A stretch of 64,000 bases of DNA from Bacteroidota bacterium (GTDB lineage: Bacteria; Bacteroidota; Bacteroidia; AKYH767-A; OLB10): the NCBI GenBank assembly GCA_024643795.1, contig JAHEMF010000011.1, positions 1,302 through 65,301 on the forward strand, read 5' to 3'. This document shows positions 9,023 to 17,926 of this stretch, piece after piece. The translations under genes were made by a program, and so were the position numbers. How positions within the stretch are numbered: the first letter of the stretch is position 1; every line of letters begins with the position of its first letter. Below the pieces are notes generated by a model. That model searched no databases, was not told the origin of the DNA, and saw nothing but the letters and a program-made list of their open reading frames with translations.

Positions 9023-10270
9023 ATGAACATAAAGGCAGGTATAATTACGATCGGTGATGAATTGCTCATTGGGCAGGTTGTTGATACTAATGCTGCATGG
9101 ATTTCCATGAAGTTCAATGAGGCAGGTGTAAAAGTGATAAACCGTAGAACAGTTGGTGATGATACAAAAGAAATAATTTCTGCTATTGAACAATTAAGAT
9201 TACAATGTAATTTGGTGATACTTACCGGTGGACTTGGCCCCACGTCTGATGATAAAACCCGAGATGTTCTTTGTAGTTATTTCGATGACGACTTGAAATT
9301 AGATGAAGAAGTTCTGAATGATATTACTTCTTTTTTTGTAGGAAGAGGTAGGTCTGTTACAGACAGAAATAAAGATCAGGCATATGTACCTGTAAAAAGT
9401 AAGGCTATAAGAAATCCAAACGGAACTGCTCCTGGAATCTGGTTCAATGAAAACGAATTCAACCTTTTTGCCCTTCCCGGGGTTCCTCACGAAATGAAAG
9501 CAATGTTGCAAAACTTTGTTATTCCTCAACTGAGATCAATGCATGATCTTAAACCGGTTATCCATAAAAGTATAATGACAATTGGCTTGGGCGAGTCATT
9601 TTTGGCAGATATGATAGGAGGTATTGAATCGAAATTACCTAGCGAAATAGGCCTTGCCTATCTACCTGGGCCTGGAATGGTTCGACTCAGACTTTCCTGT
9701 TATGAGCCTGGACTTGATACGGAAATGGTTATGCAAGGGATTTCTGATGAATTAGTGATTACAATTGGTAAGAGACATGTGTATTCTCAGGAAGATGAGC
9801 CGATTGAGAATGCCTTATCCAAACTGTTACTACTTAATTCACAAACTGTATCAGTTGCAGAATCATGCACTGGCGGAAATATTGCCCATTTATTTACGTC
9901 AGTTCCCGGCAGTTCTGATTGGTTTATGGGAGGCGTTGTGGCATATACTGAAAGTGTTAAAAATCAATTACTTGGGATTGAAAAGGATCTGATTGATACG
10001 CATGGTGTAGTTAGCGAAGAAGTTGCCTTAGCTATGGCTCTCGGGGCCAGGGAAAGAATGAATACCTCTTGGTCTATTTCTACTACCGGGGTTGCCGGTC
10101 CTTCCGGGGGAACATTAGAAAAGCCTGTAGGCACGGTATGGGTGGCAATTGCCGGTGATCATGGAGTTTCTGCTAAGAGATTTACTTTGTTAAATAACAG
10201 AGAAAGAAATATTGAGCTTGCTTCAATGTTCGCAATCAATGAGTTACGATTGATGATTGAGTCTACCTGA
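9023..10270 (+). CDS. cinA: CinA family competence/damage-inducible protein (MoCF-like N-domain plus nicotinamide-nucleotide amidase-type C-domain)
   Basis: 415 aa. AGIITIGDELLIGQVVDTNAAWIS N-terminus, LTGGLGPTSDDKTRD, C-terminal VAESCTGGNIAHL...STTGVAGPSGG. Confidence 0.85.
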   Translation: MNIKAGIITIGDELLIGQVVDTNAAWISMKFNEAGVKVINRRTVGDDTKEIISAIEQLRLQCNLVILTGGLGPTSDDKTRDVLCSYFDDDLKLDEEVLNDITSFFVGRGRSVTDRNKDQAYVPVKSKAIRNPNGTAPGIWFNENEFNLFALPGVPHEMKAMLQNFVIPQLRSMHDLKPVIHKSIMTIGLGESFLADMIGGIESKLPSEIGLAYLPGPGMVRLRLSCYEPGLDTEMVMQGISDELVITIGKRHVYSQEDEPIENALSKLLLLNSQTVSVAESCTGGNIAHLFTSVPGSSDWFMGGVVAYTESVKNQLLGIEKDLIDTHGVVSEEVALAMALGARERMNTSWSISTTGVAGPSGGTLEKPVGTVWVAIAGDHGVSAKRFTLLNNRERNIELASMFAINELRLMIEST

Positions 10271-10317
10271 CTAAATTTCCTCATCGAATTTTGATTGGTA
10301 AATCTCAATTATTTTAC

Positions 10318-10331
10318 GATCTTTGCACTCC
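10318..10331 (+). promoter_or_regulatory. Candidate rpmB promoter -7 region (GATCTTTG plus shared GCACTCC box)
   Basis: One mismatch to TAnnTTTG. The 13-mer ATCTTTGCACTCC (10319-10331) is identical to one upstream of rpmH (51505-51517). Confidence 0.4.
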
Positions 10332-10351
10332 ATTTAGAAAAATGAGAAGTC

Positions 10352-10585
10352 ATGTCAAGGATTTGTGATTTAACCGGAAAGAAGTCAATTGTAGGAAACC
10401 ACGTTTCGTTTTCTAACAAAAAAACCAAAAGAAGATTTAACCCGAATCTTCAGTTGAAGAAATTCTATTTACCTGAAACCGGTGAATGGATCACTTTGAA
10501 AGTTTCAACATCTGCTTTAAAAACTATAAACAAGAAAGGTATTACCGCTTGTATAAATAAAGTATTGAAGACTGGCAAACTCTGA
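10352..10585 (+). CDS. rpmB: 50S ribosomal protein L28
   Basis: MSRICDLTGKKSIVGNHVSFSNKKTKRRFNPNLQ... is canonical L28. Confidence 0.95.
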   Translation: MSRICDLTGKKSIVGNHVSFSNKKTKRRFNPNLQLKKFYLPETGEWITLKVSTSALKTINKKGITACINKVLKTGKL

Positions 10586-10614
10586 TAGTTTTGCCCATTT
10601 GGTATTATAGTAAA

Positions 10615-12015
10615 ATGGATGCCTTCCGAATATTCGCTATTCAGGCATCCATTTTTATTTTCATACTGTTACCCGTTCACGGGATCGCTCAGCAGAATTT
10701 TTATGACACAGATCTGCTTACATCCGATTTTCACAAACAAAGAAGAGAAATACTTCGCTCAAAATTACCACCCTCTTCAGTCGCCATATTTTTTGCAAAT
10801 CCTGTAAGAAATCGATCTAACGATGTTGACTATATGTACAGTCAGGATCCCGACTTTTATTATTTCAGCGGTCTGACTGAACCAGATGCAGTTTTATTAA
10901 TTTTTTCAGAGGCAGCAGATCTTTTTGGTTCTCAATCGAACGAAGCGTTGTTTGTTCGTGAGCGCAACAAAGATCATGAATTATGGAACGGCCCTATTCT
11001 GGGCATAGAAAGCGCAATTACACATTTGGGTGTTGATCATGTGTATGAAAACAGAAAATACCTCGAAGCCGGAGAAGTGATTGGTAATGTAGAGAACATT
11101 CTTATCAAGTATCCAAAGGATATTGACCTTACCATATCAAAAAGAAGCAGTTTGAACCGAATGGTCAGCGAAACAAATGATTGGTTGATGGATCGGCGTA
11201 AAAGCGCATCTACTAAAATGCTCACGTCTTTGCTCGAGGAAATCAGGGAAGTTAAAACAAAAGAGGAGTTAGCACTGCTTTCTAAAGCAATTGACATGAC
11301 CTGTGAAGGAATTGAGGAAGTGATGAAAAAGATTGAACCCGGCATGACTGAATATCAAGCTCAGGCTATAGCAGAATTCCATTATCGTTATTCAGGTTCG
11401 GAATATCAAGGGTATGGATCTATTTGCGGTTCAGGAAATAATACGTGCACATTGCATTATATAACCAACAGGAAAATAATGGATAGCGGAGAGTTGTTCC
11501 TGATTGATATTGGCGCTGAATATCATGGATATACCGCCGATGTTACCAGAACAATTCCTGTAAATGGAAAATTTACTCCTGAACAAAAGCAGATTTACGA
11601 TCTTGTCCTTGAGGCTCAACTGGCGGGAATTCGTGAATGCATGCCGGGCAAAAGCTTCCTGGCACCCGGTAATGTCTGTAAAAAGATCATTGACAACGGA
11701 CTTCAAAAACTGGGTATCACAGATGAACCCGGGGAGTATATCAAGTATTTTATGCATGGTACTTCTCATTACCTCGGTTTGGAAGTTCACGACCCAGGAA
11801 CTAACGGACCACTTAAGCCTGGAAATGTAATCACTGTAGAACCAGGGATTTACATTCCTATAGGAAGCTCTTGTGATAAAAAGTGGTGGGGAATAGGGGT
11901 CAGAATAGAAGATGATGTGCTCATAACTGAAGGTGAACCTGATGTTTTATCAGGGCATTTGGCCAAAAGCACGGAATCTATTGAAAATCTGATGAATACA
12001 GACCGTGCGAAGTGA
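10615..12015 (+). CDS. Secreted Xaa-Pro aminopeptidase (peptidase M24B)
   Basis: Track ORF starts at TTG 10591. ATG 10615 gives signal peptide MDAFRIFAIQASIFIFILLPVHGIAQQ. M24B metal-ligand blocks present: LIDIGAEYHGYTADVTRT, HGTSHYLGLEVHD, VEPGIY, GVRIEDDV. AMP_N-like N-domain. Confidence 0.85.
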   Translation: MDAFRIFAIQASIFIFILLPVHGIAQQNFYDTDLLTSDFHKQRREILRSKLPPSSVAIFFANPVRNRSNDVDYMYSQDPDFYYFSGLTEPDAVLLIFSEAADLFGSQSNEALFVRERNKDHELWNGPILGIESAITHLGVDHVYENRKYLEAGEVIGNVENILIKYPKDIDLTISKRSSLNRMVSETNDWLMDRRKSASTKMLTSLLEEIREVKTKEELALLSKAIDMTCEGIEEVMKKIEPGMTEYQAQAIAEFHYRYSGSEYQGYGSICGSGNNTCTLHYITNRKIMDSGELFLIDIGAEYHGYTADVTRTIPVNGKFTPEQKQIYDLVLEAQLAGIRECMPGKSFLAPGNVCKKIIDNGLQKLGITDEPGEYIKYFMHGTSHYLGLEVHDPGTNGPLKPGNVITVEPGIYIPIGSSCDKKWWGIGVRIEDDVLITEGEPDVLSGHLAKSTESIENLMNTDRAK

Positions 12016-12057
12016 TCGAGTTCGAATAATTCTATTTGTATTTTACGCTTAAATGTG

Positions 12058-12065
12058 TAATTTTG
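12058..12065 (+). promoter_or_regulatory. Candidate rpmG promoter -7 box (TAATTTTG)
   Basis: Exact TAnnTTTG match 26 nt upstream of ATG 12091. Confidence 0.45.
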
Positions 12066-12090
12066 CAGCCCGCAAAAGAATTAGTCTGAT

Positions 12091-12276
12091 ATGGCAACAA
12101 AAAAAGGAAACAGGGTACAGGTCATTCTTGAATGTACAGAGCACAAGACCAGTGGATTGGCTGGAACGTCACGCTACATTACAACCAAGAACAAAAAGAA
12201 TACACCCGAAAGAATGGAGATTAAAAAGTATAATCCCATCATGAAAAAAATGACCGTTCACAAAGAGATCAAGTAA
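12091..12276 (+). CDS. rpmG: 50S ribosomal protein L33
   Basis: [49 protein letters not shown] is canonical L33. Confidence 0.95.
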   Translation: MATKKGNRVQVILECTEHKTSGLAGTSRYITTKNKKNTPERMEIKKYNPIMKKMTVHKEIK

Positions 12277-12304
12277 GAACAATTAGATTCAATAACAATT
12301 AGTC

Positions 12305-12460
12305 ATGGCAAAGAAAGTTGTAGCAACACTTAAGTCCGGAAAAGGAAAAGAGTTTTCAAAAGTGATCAAGATGGTTAAATCACCATCAACAGGTGCTTAC
12401 TCCTTCAAGGAAGAAGTTGTTCATAATGATCATATCAAGGATTTTTTAAAAGAGAAGTAA
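12305..12460 (+). CDS. DUF4295 family small protein (conserved Bacteroidota partner of rpmG)
   Basis: Not in the track (51 aa, below cutoff). My translation: MAKKVVATLKSGKGKEFSKVIKMVKSPSTGAYSFKEEVVHNDHIKDFLKEK. Position between rpmG and ftsY matches the usual Bacteroidota layout. Confidence 0.75.
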   Translation: MAKKVVATLKSGKGKEFSKVIKMVKSPSTGAYSFKEEVVHNDHIKDFLKEK

Positions 12461-12480
12461 TTGTCTCTTGACGTTATTTG

Positions 12481-12515
12481 AGAGCTTCTTTCTTTCCGGA
12501 AAGAGGCTCTTTTTA
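12481..12515 (+). terminator. Rho-independent terminator after rpmG-DUF4295
   Basis: AGAGCTTCTTT (12481-12491) pairs with AAAGAGGCTCT (12500-12510): 11 bp with one G-U. Followed by TTTT. Confidence 0.7.
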
Positions 12516-12526
12516 TATTAATACAT

Positions 12527-13480
12527 ATGGGATTTTTTGATTTTTTAAAAAAAGGTAAGAAAGAAGATCTTGACCAAGGTCTTGCAAAAACGCGTGAAAG
12601 TGTATTTGGAAGATTAACTCGTGCAGTAGTAGGGAAATCAACAGTTGATGACGAGGTATTGGATAACATTGAAGAAGCTCTGCTAACTTCAGATGTTGGA
12701 GTAACTACTACTTTGAAGATCATTGACCGGCTACAGCAGAGAGTATCAAAGGATAAATTCATTAATACTAATGAACTTAACTCCTTACTAAGAGATGAAA
12801 TAAGCTCATTGCTTCAGGAAAATGAAAGTAACTTCCATTCAAAGAATGGAACACCGGTAAGTACCCCTTACGTGATTATGGTGGTAGGGGTAAATGGGGT
12901 TGGTAAAACAACTACAATAGGTAAGCTCGCATATCAGTTGAAGCAACAAGGTAAAAGTGTGTTACTGGGTGCTGCTGATACTTTCAGGGCAGCAGCTGTT
13001 GATCAACTGGTCATCTGGTCTCAAAGAGCCGGTGTGCCTATAGTGAGTCAGGGTATGGGTTCCGATCCAGCATCCGTAGCTTTCGACACTGTGAAATCGG
13101 CTGTAGCTCAGAATTCTGATGTAGTGATAATAGATACAGCTGGAAGACTCCATAATAAGGTGAACCTGATGAATGAGTTATCAAAGATCAAGAGGGTCAT
13201 TCAAAAAGTGATCCCTGATGCTCCTCATGAGGTTTTGCTGGTACTCGATGCCTCAACAGGCCAGAATGCAATTGAACAAGCAAAACAATTCACCGCTGCT
13301 ACAGAAGTAACTGCATTGGCGTTGACCAAATTGGATGGCACTGCCAAGGGTGGAGTGGTAATAGGAATTTCAGATCAATTTCAGATCCCAGTTAAATATA
13401 TTGGTGTCGGAGAAAAAATGGAAGATCTTCAGCCGTTCGATCGTAAGGATTTTGTTGATTCTCTATTTTTGTCAAATTGA
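12527..13480 (+). CDS. ftsY: Signal recognition particle receptor FtsY
   Basis: GVNGVGKTTTIGKLA (G1), DTAGR (G3), TKLDGTAKGG (G4), SRP54-type NG domain. Confidence 0.95.
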   Translation: MGFFDFLKKGKKEDLDQGLAKTRESVFGRLTRAVVGKSTVDDEVLDNIEEALLTSDVGVTTTLKIIDRLQQRVSKDKFINTNELNSLLRDEISSLLQENESNFHSKNGTPVSTPYVIMVVGVNGVGKTTTIGKLAYQLKQQGKSVLLGAADTFRAAAVDQLVIWSQRAGVPIVSQGMGSDPASVAFDTVKSAVAQNSDVVIIDTAGRLHNKVNLMNELSKIKRVIQKVIPDAPHEVLLVLDASTGQNAIEQAKQFTAATEVTALALTKLDGTAKGGVVIGISDQFQIPVKYIGVGEKMEDLQPFDRKDFVDSLFLSN

Positions 13481-13998
13481 TGTCACAAATTCCGAAATAC
13501 TTGAGTGTATTAAAAGGGGTCATTATCACATTGATCATTTTTGGAAACGAACCTATGATTGCTCAGGATTTTCTGTTCAGGTTCACAGATAATATCAATA
13601 CAATTGAAAACAGAATAGTTTATACGCTACGAAATGATAGTGTTATAATAACCGGGATCTCTGATGGCGGTAAAGAGAAACTGTTGTATCATCACGAAGC
13701 CGTTTCTAAAAGTGACTACCGCACATTTAAGAAGTTTCTTAAAAAATCCGGCCTAGGAAATCTTGATTCAGAGATCATAAATGAACCTGATCTTGTATAT
13801 TCAGGTGGTGGTATGCATGGGACTTCTCCAAGAGATATTGAAATACAGTATTTTGATAATGGAAATGCTAAAACCATTCATATATATAATTGCTGGGTGC
13901 AATCTGTTCATTCTGTGATCGAAGAACTCAATTTTCTGATCCCTGACGAAGTACGTATCATTTATATGAAAGAAGATTTTAACCTTAATTTATATTAA
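13477..13998 (+). CDS. Hypothetical secreted/membrane-anchored protein
   Basis: 173 aa. ATGA overlap with the ftsY stop. Hydrophobic N-terminus VLKGVIITLIIFGNEPMIAQ. No motif recognised. Confidence 0.55.
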   Translation: MMSQIPKYLSVLKGVIITLIIFGNEPMIAQDFLFRFTDNINTIENRIVYTLRNDSVIITGISDGGKEKLLYHHEAVSKSDYRTFKKFLKKSGLGNLDSEIINEPDLVYSGGGMHGTSPRDIEIQYFDNGNAKTIHIYNCWVQSVHSVIEELNFLIPDEVRIIYMKEDFNLNLY

Positions 13999-14005
13999 CC
14001 AAATC

Positions 14006-15313
14006 GTGAAAACAAAATCAAATAAAAAGTCTTCGGTTAATATAATAACATTAGGTTGTTCCAAGAATATGGTTGACTCAGAAGTGATAATGGGTCAACT
14101 TAAAGCAAACTCCATAGATGTAGAACATGAATCAGAAGATGACCATAAAACGGTGGTTATAAACACCTGCGGGTTTATTGAAAATGCCAAGCAGGAATCT
14201 ATAGACACTATCCTGCATTATGCTGAACTGAAAGAGCAGGGGCGTATTGATAAGTTAATAGTTACCGGATGTTTATCAGAACGATATAAACCCTCTCTTG
14301 AAAAGGAGATTGGAAACGTTGACCATTACTTTGGCACACACGATCTGCCTCTTCTCTTAAAGACTTTGGGAGCCGATTATAAGCATGAATTAGTAGGAGA
14401 GAGATTATTGACCACACCAAGACACTTTGCATACTTGAAGATCTCCGAAGGGTGCGACAGGCCCTGTTCATTTTGTGCCATCCCGATCATGAGGGGCAAG
14501 CATATCTCTAAACCGATAGAAGCAGTTGTTTCAGAAGCCAGATCTCTCGCAAGAAATGGTGTTAAAGAGTTGTTGATCATTGCACAGGATTCAACTTATT
14601 ACGGCATTGACCTATACGGTAAGAGATCCTTGGCTAGATTACTTGATGAACTTAGCAAAGTTGAAGGCATTGAATGGATCAGATTGCACTACGCTTTCCC
14701 TGCCGGTTTCCCTGACGACATCCTGGAGATCATGAATAACAGATCAAATATTTGTAAGTACCTCGATATTCCTTTGCAACATATCAGTGATAATATGCTG
14801 AAGTCTATGAGACGAGGTACAACTATGCAAAAAACCTATGATCTGTTGGAAAAGATCCGTCAAAAAGTTGAAGGAATAGCGATCAGAACCACACTAATAA
14901 CCGGATACCCGGGTGAAACAGAAGATGATCATCAACAAATGCTAAAGTTTGTTGAAAATGTCAGGTTTGAACGGCTTGGAGTTTTTGAATATTCACATGA
15001 AGAAAACACTCACGCATTCAATTTGGAGGATAATATCCCAATTGAAATGAAAAAAGCAAGAACTGATGCGGTTATGAACATCCAACAGACTATTTCCGCT
15101 GAATTAAATAGCGCAAAAGTGGATAAAGTATTCAAAACGCTTATTGACAGAAAGGAAGGAGAATATTTTGTCGGTCGAACTGAATTTGATTCACCAGAAG
15201 TTGATAATGAAGTGTTGATAGCTTCAAAGGATAATTATCTTAGAATAGGTGACTTTTCAAACATACTGATCACTTCAGCCGGTGAGTTTGATTTGTTCGG
15301 TGTTCCTTCTTAA
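14006..15313 (+). CDS. rimO: Ribosomal protein S12 methylthiotransferase RimO
   Basis: GTG start. MTTase N-domain cysteines (LGCSKN, NTCGF), radical-SAM CDRPCSFCAIP, C-terminal TRAM domain. Confidence 0.9.
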   Translation: MKTKSNKKSSVNIITLGCSKNMVDSEVIMGQLKANSIDVEHESEDDHKTVVINTCGFIENAKQESIDTILHYAELKEQGRIDKLIVTGCLSERYKPSLEKEIGNVDHYFGTHDLPLLLKTLGADYKHELVGERLLTTPRHFAYLKISEGCDRPCSFCAIPIMRGKHISKPIEAVVSEARSLARNGVKELLIIAQDSTYYGIDLYGKRSLARLLDELSKVEGIEWIRLHYAFPAGFPDDILEIMNNRSNICKYLDIPLQHISDNMLKSMRRGTTMQKTYDLLEKIRQKVEGIAIRTTLITGYPGETEDDHQQMLKFVENVRFERLGVFEYSHEENTHAFNLEDNIPIEMKKARTDAVMNIQQTISAELNSAKVDKVFKTLIDRKEGEYFVGRTEFDSPEVDNEVLIASKDNYLRIGDFSNILITSAGEFDLFGVPS

Positions 15314-15326
15314 CTTACACATAACA

Positions 15327-16226
15327 ATGGATGGGATTGTAAAGATATTTAAGGAACCTTATCCTTTTGAGGATGATGCTAGGGTGCTGATTAAAACGGA
15401 TCTCACTATCAGTTTCTTTGTTGTTGTATTTCTATATTTATTTCAACCTTTTGGACTCAGGAATCTATCATCAGACATTGCACATACCCTTTTGATCTAT
15501 TCGGGTTATGGCATGGTAACATTTATAATTACCATATTATTCGACCGGCTTATTCGACCGGCATTTCCAGGTTTTTTTAATGAACAGAACTGGAATGTTG
15601 GCCGGCATATACTTTCCCTTTTGGTATTGGTGTTTCTTATCGGACTTGGAAATCTTTTCTATAGTCATTTTTTAGGTTTTACAGGTATCAGCGGAACCAC
15701 CATGCTCTATTTCCAATTTTATACACTTTTGGTAGCTATATTCCCAATTACGATCTTAACTCTTATTTCCAGAATGAGATTTTTGAAAAAAAATTTGGAA
15801 GAAGTGAAAAGTATTAATGATAAACTTGCATACCCACTCGATCTCAGCAGGGAAGGTTCTGCAGAATTGTTATTCCTGTCAGAAAATGAAAGGGATACGG
15901 TTCGGCTTACAACTGATCAATTCATATATGCTGAGAGTGCAGATAATTATTCTGATATAGTGTACATTGAAAGTAATATTATTCGAAAAGTACTATTAAG
16001 ATCTTCATTGAAAAGGTTGATGCAACAAAATGACAATTCAAACCTCTATTCACCTCACAGATCTTATATTGTAAACCTTAGAAAGGTTGTCAGAGTGGAA
16101 GGGAATAGTCAAGGGTACAGACTTGTTTTGGAAGGTGTGGATAATACGATTCCTGTGTCCAGAAGAAACAATAATCAGTTAAAATCATTGTTAGGGCGTT
16201 TGCACGGCATTTCATCATCAAGGTGA
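15327..16226 (+). CDS. Membrane-anchored LytTR-family DNA-binding protein (no receiver domain)
   Basis: Trimmed to ATG 15327. About 4 predicted TM helices in residues ~30-165. C-terminal LytTR-like block: IYAESADNYSDIVYIE...HRSYIVNLRKVVRVEGN...IPVSRR. Confidence 0.75.
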   Translation: MDGIVKIFKEPYPFEDDARVLIKTDLTISFFVVVFLYLFQPFGLRNLSSDIAHTLLIYSGYGMVTFIITILFDRLIRPAFPGFFNEQNWNVGRHILSLLVLVFLIGLGNLFYSHFLGFTGISGTTMLYFQFYTLLVAIFPITILTLISRMRFLKKNLEEVKSINDKLAYPLDLSREGSAELLFLSENERDTVRLTTDQFIYAESADNYSDIVYIESNIIRKVLLRSSLKRLMQQNDNSNLYSPHRSYIVNLRKVVRVEGNSQGYRLVLEGVDNTIPVSRRNNNQLKSLLGRLHGISSSR

Positions 16227-16311
16227 TCGGCTTTTAAAAGGGATAAATTTATTGCTTGTTTTCAATTGTTGCTTTTTCAAATATTTACAATCCAGGATCA
16301 ATGAACTTTCA

Positions 16312-16319
16312 TATATTTG
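16312..16319 (+). promoter_or_regulatory. Candidate -7 box (TATATTTG) upstream of bshC
   Basis: Exact TAnnTTTG match, 15 nt before ATG 16334. Confidence 0.3.
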
Positions 16320-16333
16320 AAGGTGACTGAATT

Positions 16334-17926
16334 ATGTATAAAACTTCAATCCCATTAAAGAATACAGGCAAGTTTCCTGAGATAGTTCTTGATTATCTTG
16401 ATCAGGATCAGAATCTTCGCAAATTCTATTCACTGCCTCCTGATATTAGTTCTTTTTCTAAAGCTATCGATTCCAGGAACTCATTTAATACAGATAGATC
16501 AACTTTGGTTTCTGTGTTAGAATCACAATACCAATCCCTTTTTTCTGATGTCGAACTTGCTGTTTATTCAAATATCAGGGATCTGAAAAAAGAAAATACT
16601 TATACGGTAACTACCGGCCATCAGTTGAATATACTCACCGGCCCACTCTTCTCCATATATAAAATTATTACAACCATAAATACTGCTGCCCGGATCAAGG
16701 AAGCATATCCTGAAATAAATGTGGTTCCAGTATTTTGGATGGCTTCTGAAGATCATGATCTTGCAGAGATAGATCATACTTATATTAATAATATAAAATA
16801 CCAGTGGCAACGTCCCTCCAAGGGTATTTCAGGACATCTGTCTCCAAATGGGATTGATGGATTGATGGATATTATCCTCAAAGATTTTCCTGAATTAGCT
16901 TACACAGATGTTTTTGGAGTGATCCAAAATGCATATGCAAAGCATAATGACCTTGCCACGGCAACATTTGAAATTGTCAATTATTTATTTGGTAAATATG
17001 GACTGGTAGTAATTAATGCAGACCACAAGGATTTAAAAAAGTTGTTTGAATCAGAGATCAAGAATGAACTTCTGGAAGGAAATGTATTCAGAGAGGTGTC
17101 TGATACAGTCACGAAACTTAACAAGAAATATAAGTTATTAGTTAATCCCAGGGAGATCAATTTGTTCTATATTAATAAAGATAGCCGGAACAGAATTGTT
17201 AAACAGGATAGAGGGAAGTGGGTAGTAGCAGATACAGAGATCAGTTTTAGTGAGTCACAATTAATGTCTGAATTTAAATTACATCCTGAAAGATTCAGCC
17301 CTAATGTTATTATGCGAACTATTTATCAAGAAAGGATTCTGCCAAATCTTGCTTATATAGGAGGCCCAGGTGAGATCAGCTATTGGTTGCAGTTTAAATC
17401 GGCATTTGACAGTTTCGGTATTCCATTTCCAATTCTATTATTGCGAAACAGCATTTTGTTGGCCGATTACAAAGCAGTTAAAAAGCTTAATAAACTCAAT
17501 TTGCAATGGGGAGATATTTTTAATGATATCCACTCTCTTGAGAATAGACTAGTATTAAGCAGCAGTTCGCTGATTGACCCGAATGAGATAAAATCTGCTT
17601 TAACAGTGGTTTACGACAAGATCAATTTTAAGGCGAATGAAATTGATCCTACATTGGATGCTACTGTAAAAGCCGAACATACAAAAGTTAATAAAGGAAT
17701 AGATAAGATCTATAAGAAAATGTTACGGAATCTGAAAAAGGAGAATGAAGTTTCATTAAGACATCTGCATGAACTGAAACAATTGATATTTCCGGATGGA
17801 GTTCTTCAGGAGCGGAAAGAAAATTTCCTTCCTTACTATTTATCTACGTCAGGTAACTTAATTGATATGTTGATTAAGAATACAGATCCGTTTTCGAGTG
17901 ATTTGCTGGTATTTGAATTAGATTAA
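16334..17926 (+). CDS. bshC: Bacillithiol biosynthesis cysteine-adding enzyme BshC
   Basis: 530 aa. N-terminus IPLKNTGKFPEIVLDYLDQDQNLRKFY and overall size and layout match the BshC (YllA/DUF2317) family as I remember it. Confidence 0.7.
   Translation: MYKTSIPLKNTGKFPEIVLDYLDQDQNLRKFYSLPPDISSFSKAIDSRNSFNTDRSTLVSVLESQYQSLFSDVELAVYSNIRDLKKENTYTVTTGHQLNILTGPLFSIYKIITTINTAARIKEAYPEINVVPVFWMASEDHDLAEIDHTYINNIKYQWQRPSKGISGHLSPNGIDGLMDIILKDFPELAYTDVFGVIQNAYAKHNDLATATFEIVNYLFGKYGLVVINADHKDLKKLFESEIKNELLEGNVFREVSDTVTKLNKKYKLLVNPREINLFYINKDSRNRIVKQDRGKWVVADTEISFSESQLMSEFKLHPERFSPNVIMRTIYQERILPNLAYIGGPGEISYWLQFKSAFDSFGIPFPILLLRNSILLADYKAVKKLNKLNLQWGDIFNDIHSLENRLVLSSSSLIDPNEIKSALTVVYDKINFKANEIDPTLDATVKAEHTKVNKGIDKIYKKMLRNLKKENEVSLRHLHELKQLIFPDGVLQERKENFLPYYLSTSGNLIDMLIKNTDPFSSDLLVFELD

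Noticed and set aside
8683-9243. 186-aa minus-strand ORF spanning the usp / cinA junction
   Set aside because: It overlaps two confidently identified plus-strand genes and their intergenic region, and I recognised no motifs in it.
12053-12244. 63-aa ORF overlapping rpmG in another frame
   Set aside because: The rpmG frame gives a canonical L33 sequence, and the alternate frame has no recognisable features.
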